Source: an uncultured Bacilli bacterium (GTDB lineage: Bacteria; Bacillota_I; Bacilli_A; RF39; UBA660). Taken from it: a stretch of 64,000 nt of DNA. How positions within the stretch are numbered: position 1 is the first letter of the stretch; each line of letters opens with the position of its first letter. Where the stretch lies: positions 728 to 64,727 of the forward strand of contig CAKOXI010000002.1 in NCBI GenBank assembly GCA_934130045.1, given 5' to 3'. The notes below the pieces were generated by a model that was not told the DNA's origin, ran no database searches, and saw nothing but the letters and a program-made list of their open reading frames with translations. A program made the translations under genes and the position numbers. This document shows, piece by piece, positions 17,716 to 27,501 of the stretch.

Positions 17716-20640
17716 ATGTATACTCAATTTTATATAAAAACTGAAAATTCTTTGTTAACAAGTATGATAAAAATATCAGATTTAGTAATACAAGCAAAGA
17801 AGTTAGGTTATAATTCTCTTTCAATAACTGATAATAATATGTATGGTGTTATGGATTTTTATCATGAATGTATTAAAAATAATATTAAACCAATTATTGG
17901 ATTAGAGGTTAATATTGATGATTGTAAATTTTTACTATATTGCATTAATTATAATGGATATAAAAATTTAATTAAAATTGCTACTTCTCAAAGTGATAAT
18001 ACCCTAAATTTTGATGTTTTAAAAAAATATTCTAGCGATTTAATTTGTATTGTTTTATATGAATCATTAAATCATTTATATTCTAAATTAAAAGAAATTT
18101 ATCTTAATATATATATAGGTTATAAAAATATAAGTGAAAGAAATAATTTAGATGGCGATAATTTATTGTATGTTAATGAAACTTTGTATTTAAATAAAGA
18201 TGATTCTAAGTATTATAAATATTTAGTTGGAATAAGAGATAGTTTAATAATTGATAATATTAAAATTAATAAAGATAAAAATTTTTTATATCCCATTAGT
18301 GTGCTAGAAAAATTGCCAATTAAAGATTTAGAAAATAATAAAAAAATTACTGATATGTGTAATTTAAAATTGGAATTTAATTTAGATTTATTACCAATAT
18401 ATGATTGCCCAAATAGTTTAACTAGTTATGATTATTTAAAAAAACTATGTATTGATAATTTAAATAATTTATTTGATAATAATATTCCTAGTGATTATTT
18501 AAAAAGACTAAATTATGAAATTGATGTTATTAATAAAATGGGTTTTTGTAATTATTTTTTAATTGTCTATGATTATGTTAAATTTGCTAAAGAAAATGAT
18601 ATATTAGTTGGACCCGGTAGGGGTAGTGCTGCAGGTTCATTAGTAGCTTATTCTTTAAATATTACCACAATTGATCCTTTAAAATATAATCTTTTATTTG
18701 AAAGATTTTTAAATCCAGAACGTATAAGTATGCCAGATATTGATATTGATTTTGAATTTGATAAAAGAGATATGGTAATTGAATATTGCGTACAAAAGTA
18801 TGGAAAAAAGTGTGTTGCGCCAATTATTACTTTTGGAACATTAGGTTCAAAACAGGTTATTCGTGATGTTGCAAGAGTTATGGATATAGATATATCACTT
18901 GTTGATAATTTGTCTAAATTAATTGATTCTAAAATTAACTTAAAGGAAAATTATGAAAAAAATATTAAAATTAGAAATATGCTTAAAATAAATAGAGAAC
19001 TATTTGATTTATATAAAATCGCATATAAATTTGAAGGACTTAAAAGACATAAAACTGTTCATGCCGCTGGTATTGTTATGTCAAGAATTCCTTTAGATGA
19101 TGTAATTCCCTTAGATATTCATGATAATTATTATTTGACAGGATATTCTATGGAATATTTAGAAAAAATTGGATTACTTAAAATGGATTTTTTAGCTTTA
19201 AAAAACTTATCCATAATTTCAGATATAATAAAGCAAATAAATGTATTTGATAGTAATATTAATTTTGATAATATTCCACTTAATAATGAATTGGCTATTG
19301 AAATTTTTAAAAATGGTTATACCTTAGGAATTTTTCAATTTGAATCAACGGGAATGATTAATTTTTTAAAAAAATATGAAGTTACAAATTTTGATGATAT
19401 TGTTGCAGCTATAGCTTTATATAGACCTGGACCAATTAAAAATATTGATACTTATATAAATAGAAAAAAGGGATTAGAAAATATAGATTATTTGCACCCA
19501 GATTTAGAAAAAATTTTAAAACCTACTTATGGTATTATTGTATATCAGGAACAAATTATGCAAATAGCTGTTACTTTAGCAAATTTTTCTTTGGGAGAAG
19601 CTGATATTTTAAGAAAGGCAATGAGTAAAAAAAATACTGATTTGCTATTATCTTTAAAAGAAAAATTTATAAATCAAAGTATTAAAAATGGGTATGATAA
19701 GGAAATTGTTATTAAAATTTATGATTTTATTTTAAAGTTTGCCGAATATGGTTTTAATAAATCCCATTCTGTTTCTTATGCTATGATAGCTTATAAAATG
19801 GCTTATTTAAAAGCAAACTATAGAGAATATTTTATGAGGAGTTTATTGTCGGGTGTAATAGGTAGTGAACAAAAAACTAAAGATTATATATACGAATGTA
19901 AATTGCTTGGAATAAATTTACTTTTACCTGATATTAATTTAAGTATTGATAATTATTTTATTTATAATAATAATTTATTATTACCATTAAATTCTATAAA
20001 AGGAATTGGTACTTCTATTGTTAAAATAATTTTAGATGAAAGAAAAAATGGTAAATTTATTGATATTTATGATTTTATCAAAAGAGTATATAATAAAAAT
20101 ATAAATAAACAAATATTACTAAATTTAAATGATGCTGGTTGTTTTTTATCACTTGGAATTAGTAGAAAAAAATTTGAAAATAATATTGATCTAATAATAA
20201 ATTATGGAGAAATAGGAGAATTATTAGATGATGATTCTCTGAAACCTTTATTAAAGGATTGTGTAGAATTTTCTAATAAGGATATAATGAAAAAAGAATT
20301 AGATGTATTTGGATTTTATTTGAGTAAACATCCTGTTACAGAGTATAAATTAAAATATAAAGCTATTGATTTAAAAGATATATCATTATATTTTGATAAA
20401 AATATTGATTTAATTATATATGTTGATAAAATTAGAGTAATTAAAACAAAGAATAATGATGAGATGTGCTTTATATCCGGTAGTGATGAAAGCTCAAATA
20501 TTGAAATAGTTTTATTTCCTAAAGTATATGATTTAAATAAAAATATAGAAATAGGAAATGTTTTAAAAATTTTTGGAAAAGTCGAGAAAAGATTTGATGA
20601 ATATCAAGTGGTTGCTAGTGAAATAGAAGTTATTCAATAA
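17716..20640 (+). CDS. dnaE: DNA polymerase III alpha subunit (DnaE-type)
   Basis: PHP N-terminus (YTQFYIKTENSLL..., SITDNNMYG), GPGRGSAAGSLVAYSLNIT, PDIDIDFE, HAAGIVMS, FNKSHSVSYA, C-terminal OB region. The ATG at 17716 follows SD ggagggg. Confidence 0.92.
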   Translation: MYTQFYIKTENSLLTSMIKISDLVIQAKKLGYNSLSITDNNMYGVMDFYHECIKNNIKPIIGLEVNIDDCKFLLYCINYNGYKNLIKIATSQSDNTLNFDVLKKYSSDLICIVLYESLNHLYSKLKEIYLNIYIGYKNISERNNLDGDNLLYVNETLYLNKDDSKYYKYLVGIRDSLIIDNIKINKDKNFLYPISVLEKLPIKDLENNKKITDMCNLKLEFNLDLLPIYDCPNSLTSYDYLKKLCIDNLNNLFDNNIPSDYLKRLNYEIDVINKMGFCNYFLIVYDYVKFAKENDILVGPGRGSAAGSLVAYSLNITTIDPLKYNLLFERFLNPERISMPDIDIDFEFDKRDMVIEYCVQKYGKKCVAPIITFGTLGSKQVIRDVARVMDIDISLVDNLSKLIDSKINLKENYEKNIKIRNMLKINRELFDLYKIAYKFEGLKRHKTVHAAGIVMSRIPLDDVIPLDIHDNYYLTGYSMEYLEKIGLLKMDFLALKNLSIISDIIKQINVFDSNINFDNIPLNNELAIEIFKNGYTLGIFQFESTGMINFLKKYEVTNFDDIVAAIALYRPGPIKNIDTYINRKKGLENIDYLHPDLEKILKPTYGIIVYQEQIMQIAVTLANFSLGEADILRKAMSKKNTDLLLSLKEKFINQSIKNGYDKEIVIKIYDFILKFAEYGFNKSHSVSYAMIAYKMAYLKANYREYFMRSLLSGVIGSEQKTKDYIYECKLLGINLLLPDINLSIDNYFIYNNNLLLPLNSIKGIGTSIVKIILDERKNGKFIDIYDFIKRVYNKNINKQILLNLNDAGCFLSLGISRKKFENNIDLIINYGEIGELLDDDSLKPLLKDCVEFSNKDIMKKELDVFGFYLSKHPVTEYKLKYKAIDLKDISLYFDKNIDLIIYVDKIRVIKTKNNDEMCFISGSDESSNIEIVLFPKVYDLNKNIEIGNVLKIFGKVEKRFDEYQVVASEIEVIQ

Positions 20641-20710
20641 TTTTAAATGAATTTATTGATTAAAATTACAAAAAATGGTATTCTAAATAATAGAGGATGT
20701 GGTAATAAAT

Positions 20711-22495
20711 ATGTTAACTATTTATAAAAATGCAAGCAAAAAATTGATAAAAACTTTAAAAAAAGGTTTTACATTAATAGAATTATTAGCAGTAATAGTA
20801 ATACTTGCAATAATAGCGTTAATTGCGGTACCACAAGTAATTAAAATATTAAATAAGGCAAAATTATCGTCAGCTGAGGACTCTGTATATGGAATAGTAA
20901 AATCAGTAAATACTTATGTAGCTAATTTTATGTTAAAAAATGATGGTAATTATCCTGATGAAGATTTAGAATTTTCCTGTGGAAAAGAAGGGTGCAATTT
21001 AGATAACAGTTTGGAAGGTTATAATTTAAATAATTTAAAATCATTGAGTTTTAAGGGTGTTAAACCATCTTCTGGTACTGTGAAGGTAAGTAATAATGGA
21101 AAGAATGTATATGTAGATGATTTAATAATAAATGGATTTAGATGTATATATCCAAATAGTGAAGGAAAAGCAAAATGTTATACAGATGAGCAACTTAAAA
21201 ACATAATAAAAATAAATAATATTGGTTTGACACCAGGTGTAGATAGTATAAAGGTAGTATTAAGTGTGAGTGGAAATATAAGTAAATACGAATATAGTAT
21301 TGATAATGAAAACTTTTTTGAAAGTGATACTAATACATATACATTTAATGGTTTAGAATCCAACAAAAAATATACAATATATGTAAGGATATCTAATGAT
21401 GATAATAAAGTAGAAGATAGTAAAGATACAATTACATTATCATTAAGTGCACCAGAAATAGAAGCAGAAAATGAACTTATTTGGACACAAAGTAAAAAAG
21501 TAACAATAAAGTATCCTGAAGGAGAAAGTTTAGAATATAGTTATATAATAAAATCTCTAGATGGAGCTACAGTAAAAAAAGAAGAAACACAAGTAATAGA
21601 TAGAATATTTAATTTTGAATTAACAGAACAGGCAATTGTAGTAGCAATAGTAAAAGACAAAAATAATAAAGAATCATATACAAAAACTATAACATATATA
21701 GATTCAACTGCTCCAACAAGTGCAACATTTGAGACAACATCAACAAGTAATAGTATAAAAGTAACAGCAAGTGGAACAGATAATGAGTCAGGAATAACAC
21801 ATTATCAATTCAGTAAAGATGGAGGAAATGCATGGTTACCAAGTACACCACAAACATCAAATACATATACATTTGATGGATTAACAAGTGGAAGTTATAA
21901 TATAATGGTAAGAGTATATAATGGAACATATGAAAGTGGTGGAAGGTTATATAAAGATAGCGATACTAAAACGATTACAACATTAAGACCACCTACGATA
22001 AATTCATTTACAGCTACATCTGGTTCTACAAGTGGCTATAATACAACTTCAGTTACTTTAACAGCTATAGCTACAAGTGAAGTAGGTATTTCTAAGTATG
22101 TATTTTATCAAAGTGGAACTGTAATAAAAACTGTTGAAACATCAGCTAGTAACGCAACAGTACAAGTTACTTCACTTGGTACCACTAGTTATCAATTTAC
22201 TGTGGTAGTATATGATATTGATGGTAATAGTAGTTCATCATCATTGACAGAAAATTGCAGTAAATCTGCATCATATGGTTGTACTACTGTATACACATGT
22301 ACTGGAACAGGTAGAAAATATAGTGTTGGTGGTGGTACACCGTGTAGCAGTTGTAGTGATGTTGCTACTAGTGCAGGTAATTATGCATATAATTCATGTA
22401 TGTCTAGTGGTGGTAGTCAAAGTTCTTGTTCTGCCCAAGCTAACAGTGCGGCAGCGGAAGCAGGTCAAAAGTGTTCTTCAAGCTGTTGTGGATAG
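20711..22495 (+). CDS. Prepilin-type N-terminal cleavage/methylation domain protein fused to FN3-like repeats and a Cys/Ser/Gly-rich tail
   Basis: Class III signal KKG|FTLIELLAVIVILAIIALIAVPQ with Glu at +5. At least three FN3-like modules (…NTYTFNGLESNKKYTIYVR…, …HYQFSKDGGNAW…NTYTFDGLTSGSYNIMVRV…, …ISKYVFYQSG…YQFTVVVYD…). Ten Cys in the last roughly 80 aa. Confidence 0.75.
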   Translation: MLTIYKNASKKLIKTLKKGFTLIELLAVIVILAIIALIAVPQVIKILNKAKLSSAEDSVYGIVKSVNTYVANFMLKNDGNYPDEDLEFSCGKEGCNLDNSLEGYNLNNLKSLSFKGVKPSSGTVKVSNNGKNVYVDDLIINGFRCIYPNSEGKAKCYTDEQLKNIIKINNIGLTPGVDSIKVVLSVSGNISKYEYSIDNENFFESDTNTYTFNGLESNKKYTIYVRISNDDNKVEDSKDTITLSLSAPEIEAENELIWTQSKKVTIKYPEGESLEYSYIIKSLDGATVKKEETQVIDRIFNFELTEQAIVVAIVKDKNNKESYTKTITYIDSTAPTSATFETTSTSNSIKVTASGTDNESGITHYQFSKDGGNAWLPSTPQTSNTYTFDGLTSGSYNIMVRVYNGTYESGGRLYKDSDTKTITTLRPPTINSFTATSGSTSGYNTTSVTLTAIATSEVGISKYVFYQSGTVIKTVETSASNATVQVTSLGTTSYQFTVVVYDIDGNSSSSSLTENCSKSASYGCTTVYTCTGTGRKYSVGGGTPCSSCSDVATSAGNYAYNSCMSSGGSQSSCSAQANSAAAEAGQKCSSSCCG

Positions 22496-22556
22496 TTTTT
22501 TTCATTAATATTTAATAATTTATTGGTAATACTAATAATATAATAAATTTAAAATA

Positions 22557-22582
22557 CACTTTCAAAAGAAGGTGTTTTTTTA
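22557..22582 (+). terminator. Intrinsic terminator
   Basis: 8-bp stem acactttc/gaaggtgt (one G-U pair), aaaa loop, T7 run. Confidence 0.75.
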
Positions 22583-22689
22583 GTACGAGTATTTTTAAAT
22601 ACAAAATTATAATTATAAATCTTATAAAAATTGATTTTTATTACTCTAATAAATAATATTTATGGTAAAATATTTATGGAGATGATTAT

Positions 22690-24207
22690 ATGAAACCATT
22701 AGTTTTATGTATTTTAGATGGATGTGGAATTAGAAAAGAAAGTGATGGTAATGCATTTTTAAATGCTAATAAACCAACATTTGATATGTTGATGAAAAAG
22801 TACCCACATTCAATTTTAAGGGCAAGTGGACCAGCTGTTGGACTACCTGAAGGTCAAATGGGAACTAGTGAAGTAGGACACATGAATTTAGGTTCAGGAA
22901 GAGTTGCATTACAACCCTTACAAGCTATTACTGAATCAATTAAAAATAAGTCATTTTTTGAAAATGAAAAAATTTTAAAAGTATTAAATCATGTTAAAAA
23001 AAATAATTCAAATTTACATATTATGGGACTTTTATCTGATGGAGGGGTTCATTCCCATATTAATCATTTATTAAGTTTATTAGATATGTGTAAAATGAAT
23101 GAAGTTAAAAATGTTTATATTCATGTTTTTACCGATGGTAGAGATACCTATGAAAAAAGTGCTAAAAAGTATTTAGATGTTCTTTCTAATAAAATTCAAG
23201 AATTAAATCTTGGTGTAATCGCAACTATTTCAGGTAGATATTATGCGATGGATAGAGATAATAATTTTGATAGATTAAAGCTTGCTTATGATGCTATTTG
23301 TTATGGAATTGGGAAAAAATATAATAATTATGATGAATTAATTGAAGATAATTATAATAATGGAATAAATGATGAATTTTTTGTACCAGGTATTATAAAT
23401 AGTTGTCCAGTTAAAGAAAATGATGGTATTATTACATTTAATTTTAGAAAAGATCGCTTAAGAGAATTATTTACATGTTTTACCAATGCATCAGAATATG
23501 ATGAGATGGCAAAACAAAAAAATTTAAATTTAATTGATTATAAGAATTTAGAGGTTTTAACAATGTTTCCTGTAACAGAAACAGTTAAGGCACCACATGC
23601 CTTTAATGACTTAGACTTAAAAAATATTTTAGTTGATTATCTACACAAATTTAAAAAAAGTCAATTAAGACTTTCAGAAACAGAAAAATTTCCCCATGTA
23701 ACATTCTTTTTTGATGGTGGTAGGGAAGTTTCTTATGATGATATGAAAAAAATAATTGTACCATCACCTAAAGTTGCAACATACGATTTAAAACCTTCAA
23801 TGAGTGTATATGAAGTAACTGATGAGTTTTTAAAAGAAGCAGCAAATTTTGATGTTGTAATTATGAATTTGGCGAACGGAGATATGGTAGGACATACAGG
23901 TAATTATGATGCTGCTAAACAAGCTGTTGAAGATATGGATAAATGTTTAGCTAAAATTTATGATGAAGTTATGAAATTAGAGGGTATTTTAATCATTATA
24001 GCAGATCATGGAAATTGTGATATGATGTGGGATAGTAATCATAATCCTGTAACAAGTCATACAACTAATCCAGTGCCATGTATTATAACTAAAGAAAATA
24101 TTGAGTTAGAAGATGGTAAATTAGCTGATATTGCGCCAACAATGTTATATCTTTTAAATTTACCAATTCCTAGTGAAATGACTGGTAAGGTTTTAATAAA
24201 AGAATAA
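22690..24207 (+). CDS. gpmI: 2,3-bisphosphoglycerate-independent phosphoglycerate mutase
   Basis: LCILDGCG, TSEVGHMNLGSGR, LSDGGVHSH, FTDGRDT, ETEKFPHVTFFFDGG, ANGDMVGHTG, ADHGN. Confidence 0.93.
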   Translation: MKPLVLCILDGCGIRKESDGNAFLNANKPTFDMLMKKYPHSILRASGPAVGLPEGQMGTSEVGHMNLGSGRVALQPLQAITESIKNKSFFENEKILKVLNHVKKNNSNLHIMGLLSDGGVHSHINHLLSLLDMCKMNEVKNVYIHVFTDGRDTYEKSAKKYLDVLSNKIQELNLGVIATISGRYYAMDRDNNFDRLKLAYDAICYGIGKKYNNYDELIEDNYNNGINDEFFVPGIINSCPVKENDGIITFNFRKDRLRELFTCFTNASEYDEMAKQKNLNLIDYKNLEVLTMFPVTETVKAPHAFNDLDLKNILVDYLHKFKKSQLRLSETEKFPHVTFFFDGGREVSYDDMKKIIVPSPKVATYDLKPSMSVYEVTDEFLKEAANFDVVIMNLANGDMVGHTGNYDAAKQAVEDMDKCLAKIYDEVMKLEGILIIIADHGNCDMMWDSNHNPVTSHTTNPVPCIITKENIELEDGKLADIAPTMLYLLNLPIPSEMTGKVLIKE

Positions 24208-24226
24208 AATAAGAGGGTGTGTTATT

Positions 24227-26569
24227 ATGATAATAAAATTATTACTTATATTATTATTTAATATAATATATAGTTTAAATAATTATAGTAATTTAATAGA
24301 TATTGTTATAATTAACATTATCCTTTTTTTTATTGAATTTATAATAATAAATGAAAAAATAATAATAAGTAAAAAACACATATTAATTTCTCTAATTATA
24401 TCTATAATTATTTTATTTATAAATAAAGCTAATTTTATATATGGTTATGATAGTAAAAATATAGAGATAATAGGAAATGACTTTACCATTGATTCACTTT
24501 ATATAAATGATTCAAAAGTTAAGTTAAATGATTATGAAATTTATAATCAAAATCCGTATGATATTTATAATAAATTAACAGAATATTATAAATTAGAAAA
24601 TATTAATTATTATTATTTTAATACTGAAAAAGCTCATAGTATAGTTATTAATTTTGAAAAGGATAAACAAGATTATGATGTATTAATCAATGATGAAAAA
24701 ATAAAAATTAATAAGAGTACTGTAGATAAAAATTCAGATTATTACAAAGTTTATGATAATTATTATACTTATAAAATAGATAATATAAATTATTCTAATA
24801 ATAAAAAAATTATTAATATTATAATTAGCTTTATATTTATTAATATTATTATATTATCAGTTATAAACTCGATTAATAAAAAAGATGTATCTAAATTATT
24901 TTTATTATTTAGTTTATTTATATTAGAATTTAATAGTTATATTAATATATCCGTAATTTACAAAAGTATTTTATTTATATTATTTTATTTTATATCAAGA
25001 ATAATTAGAAAAAATATTAATATAGAATTATTAAGAAAAAAATTTTTAAAAGAATATTTAGCTAGTTTAATTATAAGTTTTCAATTTATAGGTACTATTT
25101 TAATGGATAACAAAATAAATATAAATTTAATAATTTTATATTTATTATTAAGTATTTTAATATTTATTGTAATAATAACTTTAGAAAATTTAAAATTAAA
25201 TTATATTTTAGTAAACAAAAATCAAAATAGTACTTTAAAGACAAAAATAATTTTATTTATGATACCATTAATTGCTTGCATATCATATTTAATTATTTAT
25301 AAAACATTTATATTAACAACTGATGGTAGTATGCAACTTAATGAAATAAAAAATAATTTAATTACTAATTGGCATCCATTTTTTCATACTGTAATTTTAA
25401 AGATTTTTTATAATATTAACAATAATTTAAATTTATTTATTATTGTAAGAATTGTAATAGTGAGTTTATTAATATCAAGTATTTCTACATATTTTATAGA
25501 TAAATATGTAAATAAAAAAATGATTTATATATTAGTTTTTATAATTTGTATAAATCCTATTTTTAGTATTTATATTATATCTTTATTAAAAGATGTTGAT
25601 TTTATAATATTTTTTATAATGTTAACTTTTTTAATTATTAAATACCTTAATAATGACTTTAAAGTCATGGATTATTTTTATTTACTAATATCACTAATAT
25701 TTATAGGTATGTTTAGGCACAATGGAATTTATATTGCGGTTATAATGATCATTGCTCTCTTTATAATTTTTTATATAAAAAAGGATATTAAGTTATTAAT
25801 AAGTATGATAATTTGTTCATTCTTTTTAATATTTTTAAATACATTTTTTTATAATTATTTAGAAATAAAACCAGGTATAAAAAATGTTGATATTGCGGCT
25901 TTAGCTCATGGATTGCAAACTATTTATATAGAAAATAATGATTGTAAAATAAAAGAAATATTTACTGATTATAGTTCTTTTGAGTTAAAAGACAATTATT
26001 CTAAATATAATATAGATGTATTATTACATTATAATAATATTCAATTAAGAAATATGGATATAAATAAGTTAGAATTTATGAACATTTATTTAAAAAATTT
26101 ATTTAAGTATCCTAATATTTTAATTAAAGATAGATTAAATGGAACAAATATATTATGGGATATATTTAGTAGTGATAAAATTCAAACTTATAATTATCAA
26201 ATAATAGAAAACGAATTTGGTTATAGTAATTATGAAAAAAATAAAATAAAAATATCTCAAAATAAATTATCGAACATTATAGAAAAAATAATTATGTACG
26301 AATCCACAAATAAATTTTTAAATTTTATATTTTTTAGAAGTGGTATATATTTATCTCTTATGATTATTTTAACAGTTAGTAATTGGAATAAAAAAAATTT
26401 ATTTATTTTGTTTCCAACAATTATTTATATATTAACTTTATTTATATCATTACATCATCAATCATATAGATATGTAATGTTTATGCCATTTATTTTTATA
26501 ATATATTTATTAAATATTTTGGCAAATAATAAACAAAATGTAAATAAATGTATAGTAGTAAGGAAATAG
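24227..26569 (+). CDS. Large polytopic membrane protein (780 aa), function unknown; GT-C-like glycosyltransferase is only a guess
   Basis: More than 12 predicted TM helices with two soluble inserts. Only 19 nt downstream of gpmI, with no terminator between. No motif I can assign with confidence. Confidence 0.5.
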   Translation: MIIKLLLILLFNIIYSLNNYSNLIDIVIINIILFFIEFIIINEKIIISKKHILISLIISIIILFINKANFIYGYDSKNIEIIGNDFTIDSLYINDSKVKLNDYEIYNQNPYDIYNKLTEYYKLENINYYYFNTEKAHSIVINFEKDKQDYDVLINDEKIKINKSTVDKNSDYYKVYDNYYTYKIDNINYSNNKKIINIIISFIFINIIILSVINSINKKDVSKLFLLFSLFILEFNSYINISVIYKSILFILFYFISRIIRKNINIELLRKKFLKEYLASLIISFQFIGTILMDNKININLIILYLLLSILIFIVIITLENLKLNYILVNKNQNSTLKTKIILFMIPLIACISYLIIYKTFILTTDGSMQLNEIKNNLITNWHPFFHTVILKIFYNINNNLNLFIIVRIVIVSLLISSISTYFIDKYVNKKMIYILVFIICINPIFSIYIISLLKDVDFIIFFIMLTFLIIKYLNNDFKVMDYFYLLISLIFIGMFRHNGIYIAVIMIIALFIIFYIKKDIKLLISMIICSFFLIFLNTFFYNYLEIKPGIKNVDIAALAHGLQTIYIENNDCKIKEIFTDYSSFELKDNYSKYNIDVLLHYNNIQLRNMDINKLEFMNIYLKNLFKYPNILIKDRLNGTNILWDIFSSDKIQTYNYQIIENEFGYSNYEKNKIKISQNKLSNIIEKIIMYESTNKFLNFIFFRSGIYLSLMIILTVSNWNKKNLFILFPTIIYILTLFISLHHQSYRYVMFMPFIFIIYLLNILANNKQNVNKCIVVRK

Positions 26570-26585
26570 CAGTCTATTTCCTTTT
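26561..26585 (+). terminator. Intrinsic terminator
   Basis: Stem aggaaatag/ctatttcct, cagt loop, T-run. Includes the stop codon. Confidence 0.75.
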
Positions 26586-26627
26586 AAAAAACTTAAATTT
26601 TGTTATAATAATAAGTAAGGTGATAAT

Positions 26628-27050
26628 ATGGTTAATTATAGTGAATTTGAAAAAAAATTAATTAAAAATGAAAATATATCATTTGTTAAATTATTAATTG
26701 AAAGGGAAATAAAAAATTATAAATATAATATAAAAGAAGAAAATATACTAAATTATTTAAACAAATTTGAAAACAAAAATTTATATAATGAAATTAAAAA
26801 TTATGGTATAACTGATAATGATTTAATAGATATAAGAGATTCTATTATAAATACAAGTAAATATAATCTTGAAGTTGAATATTTACCAACTGAGGATTGG
26901 GAATTACCTGATGTAATAAATCAAAAAAAAGAATTAGTATTAACAATTCCAAGTTATGATATGATTAGTAGTGGCTTAGCTTTATTTATTTTAATATTAC
27001 CATTTTGTGCATTATTTGCATCATATTTTTTGATTATGGTATTTAGATAG
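26628..27050 (+). CDS. Hypothetical tail-anchored protein, 140 aa
   Basis: ORF with SD aaggtga and a single C-terminal TM (LALFILILPFCALFASYFLIMVF). It ends 1 nt before the next gene. Confidence 0.5.
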   Translation: MVNYSEFEKKLIKNENISFVKLLIEREIKNYKYNIKEENILNYLNKFENKNLYNEIKNYGITDNDLIDIRDSIINTSKYNLEVEYLPTEDWELPDVINQKKELVLTIPSYDMISSGLALFILILPFCALFASYFLIMVFR

Positions 27051-27051
27051 G

Positions 27052-27492
27052 ATGATTCAAATGAAAAAAAACGGTTTTACGTTGATAGAATTAATTGGTA
27101 TCATAGCAATAATATCATTAATAGGACTTGTTACAATTCCACAAATGATGTCATCTATGACTAAAGGTAATGAAGAAAAAATATCACAGTTTAAAAGAGA
27201 TATGGAATCAGCAGCTCAGTCATATGTTGAAAATAATTGGAATGAATATGATTTTAAAACTAAAATTATTATAGGTATTAGTAATGAGCAAAAATATTGT
27301 ATACCACTTTCTGATTTAATAGATAATGATTATGTTGATAAATTTGAAATAGATCCAACAACAAATACACCTTTAAATGATGCTTTCGGAAAATATGTAA
27401 TGATTGAAAATATATCAAAAGTTGAATCAAAATATAATTTTTCATATACATATGTAAATGTTAATGATGCAAATGATTCAAGTAAATGTTAG
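27052..27492 (+). CDS. Small prepilin-type (ComGC/pseudopilin-like) protein
   Basis: KKNG|FTLIELIGIIAIISLIGLVTIPQ class III signal. About 140 aa. The start may be the ATG at 27061. Confidence 0.75.
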   Translation: MIQMKKNGFTLIELIGIIAIISLIGLVTIPQMMSSMTKGNEEKISQFKRDMESAAQSYVENNWNEYDFKTKIIIGISNEQKYCIPLSDLIDNDYVDKFEIDPTTNTPLNDAFGKYVMIENISKVESKYNFSYTYVNVNDANDSSKC

Positions 27493-27501
27493 GAGAATAA
27501 A

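Noticed and set aside
21178-21366. Minus-strand 62-aa ORF inside the pilin-like gene
   Set aside because: It is antisense to a supported CDS, has no SD and has low-complexity translation.
22275-22508. A 77-aa + strand ORF (V/L/H-rich) overlapping the 3' end of the pilin-like gene in another frame
   Set aside because: It is an alternate-frame artefact of the compositionally biased Ser/Gly/Cys-coding segment. It has no SD, and its translation is an implausible poly-Val/Leu string.
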